A stretch of 64,000 nucleotides of DNA, from the NCBI GenBank assembly GCA_963665295.1, contig OY762209.1:2016001-2080000 (forward strand), in the 5' to 3' direction. Each line of letters opens with the position of its first letter. Positions within the stretch are counted from its first letter, which is position 1. The stretch is from Syntrophorhabdaceae bacterium. GTDB lineage: Bacteria > Desulfobacterota > Syntrophorhabdia > Syntrophorhabdales > Syntrophorhabdaceae. The position numbers were made by a program, and so were the translations under genes. The notes below the pieces were generated by a model, which worked only from the letters and a program-made list of their open reading frames with translations, did no database searches and was not told the origin of the DNA. This document shows positions 38,029-47,714 of this stretch, piece by piece.

Positions 38029-38547
38029 TTACTGTATGATGATATCGGTTATGTATACGGCGCTGAGATCGTCACTCTCCCTGAACAACGTCTTCAAGCT
38101 CCGCTGTAACTCTTCCTTGACCAGGTTTCTTTGGTTTACATCGAGGAAGACCTCCGCCGGTTTCGCCCCGAGGACGAGGAGTATCCGGTCCCTTATGGCG
38201 GGCATCATCTTCTTCGTTTCCTCTTCGAGCTTCACATTCTTGACCTCGATGCCGATGGAAATCTTGGCGAACTTGGAAGGGTTGCCGGAAAGGTTGAAAA
38301 TAAAGGGCTCCAACGTCATGATGGGGCCCGGCGCACGCTTCTTTTCCTTGTGAGCACCCTCGGGCGCGGAAGACTTGCCGGTCAGCATCGTCATGATCCT
38401 GGGTCCGTAAAAGTAATAGGCCGCTCCCGCCCCCAGACCGAGGACAAGAAATATTATGAGCAGAAAAAGTAAGGGCTTTCCCTTCCTTTTCTTTACCTCC
38501 TGCTCCTCCCCCTCCTGGCCTATTTCTTCCTGGATATCGTCCTGCAT
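38029..38547 (-). CDS. fliL: FliL
   Basis: Single transmembrane segment; LEPFIFNL, PAIRDRI and VYITDIIIQ motifs. Confidence 0.9.
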   Translation of the reverse strand: MQDDIQEEIGQEGEEQEVKKRKGKPLLFLLIIFLVLGLGAGAAYYFYGPRIMTMLTGKSSAPEGAHKEKKRAPGPIMTLEPFIFNLSGNPSKFAKISIGIEVKNVKLEEETKKMMPAIRDRILLVLGAKPAEVFLDVNQRNLVKEELQRSLKTLFRESDDLSAVYITDIIIQ

Positions 38548-38576
38548 AGATAGCTCCTTCTCTTTTTGTTGAGTGC

Positions 38577-38593
38577 AGCAATATGTGTGCCAA
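38577..38593 (-). promoter_or_regulatory. sigma54 promoter of the fliL operon
   Basis: TTGGCACACATATTGCT matches the -24/-12 consensus. Confidence 0.88.
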
Positions 38594-38697
38594 TAAAGGA
38601 AGGGGCTGGAATTACGAGAAATTATGATGTTTGAGGCGCTTGAAGCGTGGGGTGAGTGAACTCAAAGTCAGGGGAACGTTGACACAACCGGCCTTTA

Positions 38698-38713
38698 TGT
38701 CAGGTAATTGACA
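38698..38713. promoter_or_regulatory. Enhancer palindrome (FleQ-box-like)
   Basis: TGTCA-GGTAAT-TGACA about 105 bp upstream of the -24 element; the same form recurs at 52933. Confidence 0.65.
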
Positions 38714-38798
38714 TCTCTCTTTGCAGGCTGGAAGGCTGTGCGCGGGAACGCGGGTCTTTACGTCCATCCGGGACGCCGGGGGCTTAAGCCTTTATACG

Positions 38799-38832
38799 GC
38801 CGGGCGGGAACGAAGCTCCGTTCCCGCCCGGC
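38799..38832 (-). terminator. Strong hairpin after flgE
   Basis: Perfect 14-bp stem GCCGGGCGGGAACG/CGTTCCCGCCCGGC; the U-tract is poor. Confidence 0.6.
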
Positions 38833-38841
38833 AACCGGTTA

Positions 38842-40698
38842 TTACCGCTTGATCTGCATCAGTTCCTGCAACATCTCATCGGTTGTGGTTATTACCTTGG
38901 AGCTTGCCTGGTATCCCCTCTGGGCCACGATCATCTTTACGAATTCCGTGGCAAGGTCCACATTGGACTGCTCGAGGGAGTTGGAGTTGATGCTTCCAAG
39001 TCCGCCCGACCCCGGGGTATTCGTATACGGGACGCCCGATGAGACGGTCGCGGAATAGAGGTTTCCGCCCTCCCTCGTGAGCCCCTGGGGGTTGCTGAAG
39101 CTTGCGAGGGTTACCTGATAGAGGTTGATGATCTGACCGTTCGAGTAGTGACCTGATATTACCCCTTCCGTGCTCACGCTCACGCTTGTCAGGGTGCCCG
39201 GCGCGTAGCCGTCCTGGGTCTGGAAATTCGTGGTCGAAGCTATGGGGTACTGGGTGGTGGTGCCTCCGCCCGAGCCCGAACCGAAGACGAGGTCGATCTT
39301 CTGGGCGGGGCTGGCGCCCTGTGAAAAATCAAAGGTGACGGAGACGGGCTCCCCGCCGGAGATGAGCACGCCTGAATCGTTGAACGTAAGGGTTCCGCTT
39401 GCGACTTCCGTGTCGACTCCCGTCGCGGAATCAGTGGCGTTGAGCTGAGCGTGCCATTCCCACACGCTTGTCTGGGGGGTCGTAGTCTCATAGGATTTCC
39501 TGAAGTAGACGTTGGCCACGTGGGCCTGGCCCAGGGAGTCGTAGACGGTGACGGAAGAAGAGTAATTGGACGTGTTGCTCGGTGTTACCGTAGATGACTT
39601 CGTGGTGGGGCTGAAGCCGTCGAGGGCGAAGGAGGAAGACGAACTGAGGGACATGCCGCTCGTGACGATGTCAAGGCCTGAGCCTGCCCAGTTGGTCGTA
39701 GCCCCTGCGGTGGCGGCGATATTGGCGGTGTACGTGGGCACCCCGTCTACGGACATGGTCATGCTGTAACCGAAAAGTCCGGAGCCTGCCTTATCTGTAG
39801 TGGTCCATCCGATGCTCCCCCCGGTCACACCCGCGTCGTTTACCACGATATCGGTCCCTGCGACGTTGGCTGTCAGCTTGAGCTGGTTGCCGCTCGCAGT
39901 GGCCGTGACGCCGGCCGATGACGCATTGATCGCTGCCACGAGGTCTGTAAGACTCTGAACACCTGCCCCCGAATTATAGGATGACAGATTGATGGAGGTG
40001 CCGTTGATCGCGACCAACCCTGTCATGCCCGTGGAGGGGACGGTCACCTCGTTCGAGCCCGTGCCGGTCGCGGTAATCGCGGTGGTCGCGGCGGTATAGG
40101 CGCCGGTAAAAGGATATTTGCCGGTGCTTGCGGATATTTGAGAGATAAAGCCCGCCGTGGGCTGGGTTATAGTCCCTTTCCATGCCGCATTCGATTGCAG
40201 GTTAAGGGCCATGCCTATCTGGCCCGTTGCCTTCGGCTGACTCGGCTGGGTAGAGATGTTGATGTTCTGGTCAACGCCCGACGGCGCATTCGTGGTCCTG
40301 TCGATGGTCTTGCCCTGGAGTATGTCGCCCGCCGAGTTGGTGAGGTTCCCATCCGAGTCGAAACTGAAGTTTCCCGCCCTCGTGTAGTACATGGTGTTCG
40401 TAGTGGGGGCTTTCACCATGAAGAAGCCTGTGCCGCCTATGGCGAGGTCGGTGGCTGAGCTTGTGCTCTCAAAGGAGCCCTGGGAAAAGGATGTCTCAAT
40501 CGCGGCGAGGGTTGCGCCCCTGCCTACCTGGCTCGTTCCGGAGGTGCTCTCTATCGATTGATAGAGCATGTCCTGGAATGCGGTCCTCTGTGACTTATAC
40601 CCTACCGTGTTTACGTTGGCAATGTTGTTACCGATTACGTTGATGGACTCGCTGTTGGTGAGCAAGCCGCTGATACCTGAATACAATGAACTTAACAT
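38842..40698 (-). CDS. flgE: Flagellar hook protein FlgE, enlarged (618 aa)
   Basis: GNNIANVNTVGYK, YTRAGNF, VYDSLG, LEQSNVDLATEFVKMIVAQRGYQA. Confidence 0.95.
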   Translation of the reverse strand: MLSSLYSGISGLLTNSESINVIGNNIANVNTVGYKSQRTAFQDMLYQSIESTSGTSQVGRGATLAAIETSFSQGSFESTSSATDLAIGGTGFFMVKAPTTNTMYYTRAGNFSFDSDGNLTNSAGDILQGKTIDRTTNAPSGVDQNINISTQPSQPKATGQIGMALNLQSNAAWKGTITQPTAGFISQISASTGKYPFTGAYTAATTAITATGTGSNEVTVPSTGMTGLVAINGTSINLSSYNSGAGVQSLTDLVAAINASSAGVTATASGNQLKLTANVAGTDIVVNDAGVTGGSIGWTTTDKAGSGLFGYSMTMSVDGVPTYTANIAATAGATTNWAGSGLDIVTSGMSLSSSSSFALDGFSPTTKSSTVTPSNTSNYSSSVTVYDSLGQAHVANVYFRKSYETTTPQTSVWEWHAQLNATDSATGVDTEVASGTLTFNDSGVLISGGEPVSVTFDFSQGASPAQKIDLVFGSGSGGGTTTQYPIASTTNFQTQDGYAPGTLTSVSVSTEGVISGHYSNGQIINLYQVTLASFSNPQGLTREGGNLYSATVSSGVPYTNTPGSGGLGSINSNSLEQSNVDLATEFVKMIVAQRGYQASSKVITTTDEMLQELMQIKR

Positions 40699-40725
40699 AT
40701 GCGCCTCCTATATCTTTAATGACAT

Positions 40726-41334
40726 TTACTCTGTAATCACGGTTACCGCACTCGCGTTCAGCGCCGTACCGTCGCCGAAAACCAGCATGTTGCCCGTATC
40801 GCTCATACTTACCCCGGTGATCTTCTTAAGGAGCGTCGTCACGGCGCTCACCGCGCTGCCGTCTTTTGTCGCCTTCGCAGAGATGGTGTACGAACTTTCG
40901 CTGCTGTTCGTGTACACGAGGGACTCACCCTTGTACATGGTCTTTGTAGTCGTCTCTCCGGTGCTGTTGTCTTTCATGGTAAGCACCACCTTATCGTAAT
41001 CGGTTTGAGGCGATATAACCACCTGGTCACCGGGCGAGAGGGTGGAGCTGGTTACATTGACCCGTTTTCCGATGGACGATATCCACTGGGACGAAGCGTT
41101 CTTGGAAACCATGCCGTCCAGGGAGGACGACATGTTGGTCAACTGTTCCAACTGGGAGAACTGGGCAAGTTGGCTCACGAACTGGTCCGGTTTCTGAGGA
41201 TCAAGGGGGTCCTGGTACTTGAGTTGGGCAACGAGAAGTTTCAGGAAATCCTCCTTGCCGAGCGAGGTCGTTGATAGACTCGTGCTGCTCTTTGTCGTGC
41301 TTGCGGCGGCTGCGGTTGTACCTGCGACTGACAT
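40726..41334 (-). CDS. flgD: Hook capping protein FlgD
   Basis: LGKEDFLKLLVAQLKYQDPLDP...QLAQFSQLEQ. Confidence 0.93.
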   Translation of the reverse strand: MSVAGTTAAAASTTKSSTSLSTTSLGKEDFLKLLVAQLKYQDPLDPQKPDQFVSQLAQFSQLEQLTNMSSSLDGMVSKNASSQWISSIGKRVNVTSSTLSPGDQVVISPQTDYDKVVLTMKDNSTGETTTKTMYKGESLVYTNSSESSYTISAKATKDGSAVSAVTTLLKKITGVSMSDTGNMLVFGDGTALNASAVTVITE

Positions 41335-41348
41335 GGTGCCTCCTCCTC

Positions 41349-44066
41349 TTATGCGAGGGTATCGAGTATGCCCTCGAATTCCTCTTTCTTCCCTTCTTTG
41401 GTGCCCTGTCGGTGCCCTTCTTTCTGTTCTCTTCTCCGGGAATTTTCTTCTCCGTAGGCATCGACGTTTATGGCCGCATATATGTTCTTGCTCTCAAGCT
41501 CTTTCGTCATGGTATCCTTTTGCGCCTGAAGGGCATTCATGAGGCTGTCGCTTCCGCCCTTCACCTCCACTGCGACCCTGTTATTGCCCTGGTCCTTGAA
41601 GCTCACAAGAAGGGAATCTTTGTCGTCGATCTTCAGCCTGAGCACCATATCCTGGGATTGGCCTCTGTTGGCGTAGTTTTCGACCATTTCCTCGATCTTA
41701 TGCACCATGGCCGCGGCATTGGAATTCGTATGCACGCTCCCGGTCCCTTGCTTTGCCTCGGTGGCAGCTGTCCTCATGGAATCCGTGCCGGCGTAAAGTT
41801 CCGGGTTTACCTTCTTTGTGGAATTATCCATAGGTGTGTCGGTTCCCGGCAATCTGTCTTCCTTGCGGTCTTCATGGGTGTCCAAACCCTTTTGTCCGGC
41901 GGACGCTATGGGAGCAAGGGGATCCGCCGAGGGTACTGCGCCCGCACCACTTTCATTAGAAGAAGGAATCCACTGGTCGGCCCCGGTCTTCTGAGGCGCC
42001 GTCACAAAGCCGGCTGCCTTGGCATGGGCGGTTTGGCCCAGGCTCGCGGCCGCGGGGTTGCCCGTTGTCGTCTGGTCCGCCATCGCACTTTGAAGGTTTC
42101 CTTCCCTCGTGGCTGCAAATGAGACGTTCCCTGCGTTCGGTGCCTTATCGGACGGGCTATTCGAAGTTGCCTTGAGTATTTCCACATTATCACCCACGAT
42201 GGTCGCAGCTTTTCCTGTAGCTCCATCGGTTGCATTCAAAAGCACGTAGTCTTTGGAGGCGCTCTGCTGTCCGGCGGAGCCGTTTTGCTCCGAGCCGGTG
42301 GGAGAGTTGCCGGTTCCTGAGTTCTGAGCAAGACCCTTTCCGGTGGCCCGGGAGCCCGCGGCTTCAAGGACTGCCACCGCCGAGACAAGGTTCTCCGTGG
42401 AGGTGGTTTTCGAACCGGTTTTCCCGAATCCCTGGTCAACGGTCGCCGTCTGCGGTTTCACGGAGAGAAGGTTAGGGAGAACGGCGCTTAAGAGCATGGT
42501 GTTTCTCACTACATCGTCCGTGGCCGGGGTGGTTTCGCTTGCATGCATCGACTCGTCGGACGATGGAGTAACCTTCTTCTCTTTTGCCGCGCCTTCGATT
42601 CCATGTGAAGGAGGCGGGGACGGTCTCTCGCCCGTATCGGTCCTCAGAGCGGCAAGGACGGTCGCGACAGTTGTGTCATTGGTATTCTTTGTGCCCGTAT
42701 CGGTCCTCAGAGCGGCAAGGACCGTCGCGAGATCGGCGTCGGTCACATCTTTTGCGCCCGCGGTCTCTTTGAGAGCGGCAAGGACCGTCGCGACGTTGGT
42801 GTGTGTCGTATCATCCGTTGTACCCGCATCAGTCCTCAGAGCGGCAAGGACGGTCGCGACAGTCGTGTCGTTGGTATCCTTTGTGCCCGTATCGGTCCTG
42901 AGAGCGGCAAGGACCGTCGCGAGATCGGCTTCGGTCGCATCTTTTGCGCCCGTGGTGTCTTTCAGAGCGGCAAGGACGGTCCTGAGATCGGCTTCCGTCA
43001 GGTTCTTTGCGCCCGCGGTCTCTTTCAGAGCGGCAAGAACGGTCCTGAGATCGGCGTCGGTCACATCTTTTGCGCCCGTAGTGGCTTTCAAAGTCGCAAG
43101 GACGGTCGCGACAGTCGTGTCGTTGGTATCCTTTGTGCCCGTATCGGTCCTGAGAGCGGCAAGGACGGTCGCGAGATCGGCTTCCGTCAGGTTCTTTGCG
43201 CCCGCGGTCTCTTTCAGAGCGGCAAGAACGGTCCTGAGATCGGCGTCGGTCACATCTTTTGCGCCCGTAGTGGCTTTCAAAGTCGCAAGGACGGTCGCGA
43301 CAGTCGTGTCGTTGGTATCCTTTGTGCCCGTATCGGTCCTGAGAGCGGCAAGGACGGTCGCGAGATCGGCTTCCGTCAGGTTCTTTGCGCCCGTGGTGTC
43401 TTTCAGAGCGGCAAGGACCGTCGCGAGATCGGCGTCGGTCACATCTTTTGCGCCCGTAGCGGCTTTCAAGGTTGCAAGGACGGTCGCGACGTCGGTGCTT
43501 GTCGGACTCTTTGTGCATGCGTCGGTCGCGGCTTTGCCGTCTATATGGTTGTCTCCATCGGAGGCCTTGCCGGACGCGCCTGCAACCCATGTCTCCAGCG
43601 GACTTTCAGTCTTGCCCGCTCTCTGGCCGGACAGGAGCCCGCGGAGGTCCTTGTTCCCTTCCAGGACCTTTACGACGTCCTTCACATTACCCGTCTTGAG
43701 GGCGTCGGCGATGGCGCCGAGAATATCTTCTATGGCGCCGTTTGAATAGGACCCGAATGCCTGACCTGAGTCCGCGTTGCCGTTTCCCTGCGCCTGGGTG
43801 GTAAGGAGGACGGGAAGGAAAGCAAGGGCGTCGATAATGTCGAGCGACATGGACAAGGCATCCGACGACGACGTGCCGGTCCCCTGCTTCTGGCTTTTGC
43901 CGGTTGTCCCTTTGGCGTCCGATGTCCCCTTGCCTCCGTCGATGGTGCTCTTGAGAAGCTTGAAGAAAGAGTCCGAAGAGCCTCCCTTTTCCTGACCCGT
44001 TATCAACGTCGGGGGCTGTGGATTCGAAGGTTTCGAAAGCAATATGTTTGCGAGTGTGGTTTCCAT
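41349..44066 (-). CDS. fliK: Hook-length control protein FliK with internal tandem repeats
   Basis: Lies between fliJ and flgD; low-complexity T/A/G/S/D-rich body; C-terminal T3S4-like segment (MVLRLK...VAVEV...LQAQKDTMTKELESKNI) and a charged tail. Confidence 0.8.
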   Translation of the reverse strand: METTLANILLSKPSNPQPPTLITGQEKGGSSDSFFKLLKSTIDGGKGTSDAKGTTGKSQKQGTGTSSSDALSMSLDIIDALAFLPVLLTTQAQGNGNADSGQAFGSYSNGAIEDILGAIADALKTGNVKDVVKVLEGNKDLRGLLSGQRAGKTESPLETWVAGASGKASDGDNHIDGKAATDACTKSPTSTDVATVLATLKAATGAKDVTDADLATVLAALKDTTGAKNLTEADLATVLAALRTDTGTKDTNDTTVATVLATLKATTGAKDVTDADLRTVLAALKETAGAKNLTEADLATVLAALRTDTGTKDTNDTTVATVLATLKATTGAKDVTDADLRTVLAALKETAGAKNLTEADLRTVLAALKDTTGAKDATEADLATVLAALRTDTGTKDTNDTTVATVLAALRTDAGTTDDTTHTNVATVLAALKETAGAKDVTDADLATVLAALRTDTGTKNTNDTTVATVLAALRTDTGERPSPPPSHGIEGAAKEKKVTPSSDESMHASETTPATDDVVRNTMLLSAVLPNLLSVKPQTATVDQGFGKTGSKTTSTENLVSAVAVLEAAGSRATGKGLAQNSGTGNSPTGSEQNGSAGQQSASKDYVLLNATDGATGKAATIVGDNVEILKATSNSPSDKAPNAGNVSFAATREGNLQSAMADQTTTGNPAAASLGQTAHAKAAGFVTAPQKTGADQWIPSSNESGAGAVPSADPLAPIASAGQKGLDTHEDRKEDRLPGTDTPMDNSTKKVNPELYAGTDSMRTAATEAKQGTGSVHTNSNAAAMVHKIEEMVENYANRGQSQDMVLRLKIDDKDSLLVSFKDQGNNRVAVEVKGGSDSLMNALQAQKDTMTKELESKNIYAAINVDAYGEENSRRREQKEGHRQGTKEGKKEEFEGILDTLA
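42631..43492 (-). repeat. 14 tandem 63-bp (21-aa) coding repeats within fliK
   Basis: A GCAAG(G/A)AC core recurs every 63 bp (one 66-bp unit); the protein unit is like DLATVLAALKDTTGAKNLTEA. Confidence 0.95.
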
Positions 44067-44080
44067 TACCCATATTCCTT

Positions 44081-44096
44081 AACAAGAAGCGTGCCA
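44081..44096 (-). promoter_or_regulatory. sigma54 promoter of fliK-flgD-flgE
   Basis: TGGCACGCTTCTTGTT: perfect -24, TTGT variant of -12. Confidence 0.7.
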
Positions 44097-44152
44097 CACA
44101 AAAAATGTAGTAATATCAAATACTAATGGACGTGTGGGGTAGGAAGGGGACG

Positions 44153-44184
44153 GGAAATATATTCCTTACTGGGAAATAATTTCC
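44153..44184. promoter_or_regulatory. Tandem palindromic enhancer sites
   Basis: GGAAATATATTCC and GGAAATAATTTCC, 19 bp apart, upstream of the fliK sigma54 promoter. Confidence 0.6.
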
Positions 44185-44306
44185 TCCTGTCCGGGTCTCT
44201 GCCCGTTTCGGGTCCGGCGGTGGACCCGGGCGACGCCGGGCAGGGCAGTGCGGAAATTGCAGCCATACCATGTGATGTGAAGGGGTGAAGCGGGAAAGGG
44301 GCTTGA

Positions 44307-44735
44307 CTAGAGCTTTTTACCGAGGGAGCGGAGGGCCATGTCGTCCATATTCTTCTGGTCTTTCCGGTTGAGCAATTTCTTTTCGCGCTCCATGGCTTTT
44401 GCCTTCAGGGTATCGAGCATCTTGATGTCTCTGGCGAGTTCAACCATCTCCGCCCTCAGTTCGACGAGCCTTGTTGCGATATTTTCCTTCTCGTTGTTGA
44501 GGTCGGTTTTCTTGGCGTCGAGAGAGAAGAGAAAATCCCTCAGGACAGAGAAATCGCTCCCCCCCATGGCCGAGGATCCCATGGTCTCGTAACCATCCCT
44601 CAAGGCTGATTCAACGGAAGCAATGGCCTGGCGGACCCTTTCCAGGGCCGCAAGGGTGCGCTCCAGGTCCGCTTTCTTGTCGTCCATTACCTTGTTCTTT
44701 ATCTCGATGATCCGGTCAAGACGAAATTTGGGCAT
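44307..44735 (-). CDS. fliJ: FliJ
   Basis: MPKFRLDRII N-terminus, coiled coil, DQKNMDDMA C-terminus; follows fliI. Confidence 0.85.
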   Translation of the reverse strand: MPKFRLDRIIEIKNKVMDDKKADLERTLAALERVRQAIASVESALRDGYETMGSSAMGGSDFSVLRDFLFSLDAKKTDLNNEKENIATRLVELRAEMVELARDIKMLDTLKAKAMEREKKLLNRKDQKNMDDMALRSLGKKL

Positions 44736-44753
44736 GGTTCAGTCACCGGCCTT

Positions 44754-46088
44754 TTATTGTTTTTTTGAATAAAAGAGGATTTTCATACTGTTAAGGGTAT
44801 CCTCCAGGGTGGACCTCTCGTCTATGCCCTGTTTGAGGAATATCTTCACCTTGTCCACCATGGCGACTGCGTCGTCGATCTTCTTGTTGCTTCCCGGATT
44901 GTAGGCGCCTATATTGATGAGGTCTTCCGCTCTTTCGTACTCCGAGAGTATTTCAACCATCCTGCCCGCGCACTCCACCTGTTCCTTCGGGGCGATATCC
45001 TTCATGATCCTGCTTATGCTCCTGAGCACGTCGATGGGGGGATACTGGTTCATGTCCGACAGTTTCCGCGAAAGCACCACGTGACCGTCAAGGATGGACC
45101 GTGCTGCATCGACTATGGGGTCGTCGAGGTCATCCCCTTCCACGAGGACCGTATAGATGGCCGTCATGGTCCCATCCCCTTCCCCGTTGCCGGCCCTTTC
45201 GAGAAGCTGGGCGAGAAGAGAGAAGACGCTCGGCGTGTACCCTTTGGAGGTGGGAGGTTCGCCGATGGCCAGGCCGACCTCTCTCTGGGCCATGCCGAAC
45301 CGCGTGAGGGAATCCATAAGGAGGAGGACATCGTTTTCCTGGTCCCTGAAATATTCCGCCATGGCAACAGTGAGAAAAGCGGCCCTCACCCGGATAAGAG
45401 GCGGCTGGTCGGAGGTGGCGACAATGACGACGGAATGCTCGATGCCTTCGCCAAGGTCCCGCTCGATGAATTCCCTCACCTCCCTGCCTCGTTCGCCTAT
45501 CAGCCCGATCACGTTGATATTCGCCTCCGTGTGGCGGGCGATCATGCCGAGGAGCACGCTCTTGCCCACGCCCGAGCCGGCGAAAATCCCCATTCTCTGT
45601 CCTTTCCCGCAGGTGAGGAGGCCGTTCATGCTCCGTATACCGAGGTCGAGGGGTTCGGTGATACGTTTCTTCATCATGGGGTTCACGGTTTCACGGTATA
45701 TGGGGACCATGGCGTCGGCCTGGATGGGTCCCTTGCCGTCCATGGGGTTCCCGAGGCCGTCGATAACCCTTCCCAGGAGGCCGTTACCTACCCGGGTGTT
45801 TACGGTGCGTTTCCTGGACAGTATCTTCGATCCTATGCCCACCCCCCGCAAGTCGCCAAGAGGCATGAGAAGGGTCTTCCCGTTCTTGAAGCCCACCACT
45901 TCCGCATCGATGGGATTGGCGCCGTCCACCGGGTATATGAGGGCCGAATCCCCCACGGAAGAGATGGGACCTTTCCCTTCGATGACGAGCCCCACAATCT
46001 GGTTCACCTTGCCGTAGACTCTGTAGGGGTAAAAATCGGAGAGCTTTTCCCTTAAAACAGCGGTCTTTTCCTGCTCGTTTCCGTTCAC
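44754..46088 (-). CDS. fliI: Flagellar export ATPase FliI
   Basis: GIFAGSGVGKS, LIGERGREV, MDSLTR, ILDGHVVL. Confidence 0.96.
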   Translation of the reverse strand: MNGNEQEKTAVLREKLSDFYPYRVYGKVNQIVGLVIEGKGPISSVGDSALIYPVDGANPIDAEVVGFKNGKTLLMPLGDLRGVGIGSKILSRKRTVNTRVGNGLLGRVIDGLGNPMDGKGPIQADAMVPIYRETVNPMMKKRITEPLDLGIRSMNGLLTCGKGQRMGIFAGSGVGKSVLLGMIARHTEANINVIGLIGERGREVREFIERDLGEGIEHSVVIVATSDQPPLIRVRAAFLTVAMAEYFRDQENDVLLLMDSLTRFGMAQREVGLAIGEPPTSKGYTPSVFSLLAQLLERAGNGEGDGTMTAIYTVLVEGDDLDDPIVDAARSILDGHVVLSRKLSDMNQYPPIDVLRSISRIMKDIAPKEQVECAGRMVEILSEYERAEDLINIGAYNPGSNKKIDDAVAMVDKVKIFLKQGIDERSTLEDTLNSMKILFYSKKQ

Positions 46089-46723
46089 TCAAGGATCCTT
46101 TTCTTGAGTTCTTCCAACTGGGTCGATATCCTGCCGTCTATGTCCCCGAAGTTTGTTTCGATCACAAAACCAGGTTCCTGGACGGAATCGTCGGGTACGA
46201 TTTTCAGAAAGGCGTTCTGCCTCGCCGTGACATACTGCACGTCATCCGGTCTTACCCGTATGGTGACGTCGGCGCTCCCTTCGCAGATATCGAGGGCCTT
46301 TTTCACCATTTCCGAGACAATCTCTCTCTTTTCATCGCACGACTGGAGGACAATAGCCTCCGCAAAGACGAAGGCCAGTTCGATGCACATCGTTTCCGAT
46401 CGTTCCCTCAAATCGTCTTTTGCCTGTTCCAGTTCCGAGATGTAGCGATTCAGCCTTTTAACCAGGGGATCGACCCTCTTCATCCCCATTTCACGGCCTG
46501 CCTTTTCTCCCTCCGCAAAGGCCTCCTCGAATATCTTCCTTGTGGCGGCCTCCACGTCGATAGGCTCATCGACGATCTCCCCGGACTCCTCCTGTTGTTC
46601 CTCTTCAGCGTCGAACTCGCCGGTGGAGGTGTCAAAGATGCCGACGAACTCCCCTGTCTCCGCCGCACATTCCGGCTCGTCGCCGAAAGGACAGAGGGTA
46701 AAGGGCTCGACAGACTCAGACAA
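46085..46723 (-). CDS. fliH: FliH
   Basis: AFAEGEKAG repeat and IETNFGDIDGRISTQL; probable TTG start after GGAGG. Confidence 0.88.
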   Translation of the reverse strand: MSESVEPFTLCPFGDEPECAAETGEFVGIFDTSTGEFDAEEEQQEESGEIVDEPIDVEAATRKIFEEAFAEGEKAGREMGMKRVDPLVKRLNRYISELEQAKDDLRERSETMCIELAFVFAEAIVLQSCDEKREIVSEMVKKALDICEGSADVTIRVRPDDVQYVTARQNAFLKIVPDDSVQEPGFVIETNFGDIDGRISTQLEELKKRILE

Positions 46724-47714
46724 ACTTTTCGCCTCCCCTGGAGAGGATGAGCTTGCCTTCGCCCTCGAGCTTCTTTGCCACCATAGCAATCTTTATCTGG
46801 GCTTTTTCCACATCCGAAAGTCTGACAGGTCCCATGGCTTCGAGATCTTCCTTCAACATGGCGGAGGCCCTCTCGGACATATTCGAGAATATCTTGTCTT
46901 TCATGGTATCGGACGCACCCTTGAGGGCTATGGAAATATCTTCCGAGGAGACTTCCTTCAGGAGTACCTGAACTCCCCTGTCGTCAAGCTGGGAGAGATC
47001 CTCGAAGGTAAACATGAGATTACGGATCTTTTCGGCAAGTTCCGGGTCGAGTTCTTCGACCTTTCCGAGGAGGTCCATTTCGAGGGTCCGGTCCATCTGG
47101 TTGAAGATGCCCGCAACCACTTCCACGCCCCCCAGCTGTCTCCCTTCCACCGTGCCCGTGGCCTCCAGTTCTTCCTTCAGAACGGTCTCTATCTCCTCGA
47201 GGACCTTGGTGTCAACCTTGGCGAGGTTTGCCATTCTCATCACCACTTCACTTTGCACCCTGTCGGGCAGGGCAACGATGGCCTCGCCCGCCTTTTTCGT
47301 GCCGAGGGTGGAAAGGACCAGGGCTATTGTCTGAGGGTGTTCCCCTCTCAGGACATTGGCGAGTACCTTGGGGTCGCATCTCCTCAGGAACTCGCCGGGC
47401 ATCCCCCTCTTGGTCTCCATGGTTTCGAGGAACAGTTCGGCCTTTTCTTCGCCGAAGCTCTTCTTTATGAGCATCTTGAATCTCGACTCGCCGCCGATGA
47501 TCGTCTTGTTTCTCTTCTGCAACTTTTTTGAAAACTCTTCGTGTACCTTGTTTACCATGGTCTCGGGAATGAAGGCGAGCTGGGACATTTCCTTCCCGAG
47601 GGCTTCGATTTCGTCCTCGGTGAGGTCTTTGATAATCTCCTTCGATATCTCCTCATCCATGGTAAGGAGGAGTACCGCCGCTTTTCTCACTCCCGGCAGA
47701 TCGTCGCTATCCAT
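46716..47714 (-). CDS. fliG: FliG
   Basis: KAAVLLL, EHPQTIALVL, MFTFED, GPVRLSDVEKAQ. Confidence 0.96.
   Translation of the reverse strand: MDSDDLPGVRKAAVLLLTMDEEISKEIIKDLTEDEIEALGKEMSQLAFIPETMVNKVHEEFSKKLQKRNKTIIGGESRFKMLIKKSFGEEKAELFLETMETKRGMPGEFLRRCDPKVLANVLRGEHPQTIALVLSTLGTKKAGEAIVALPDRVQSEVVMRMANLAKVDTKVLEEIETVLKEELEATGTVEGRQLGGVEVVAGIFNQMDRTLEMDLLGKVEELDPELAEKIRNLMFTFEDLSQLDDRGVQVLLKEVSSEDISIALKGASDTMKDKIFSNMSERASAMLKEDLEAMGPVRLSDVEKAQIKIAMVAKKLEGEGKLILSRGGEKFV

Noticed and set aside
42631..43492. 63-bp periodic array as CRISPR, and the long alternative-frame ORFs over it
   Set aside because: The units are fully repetitive with no unique spacers and are in frame in fliK; the other ORFs are shadows of the repeat.
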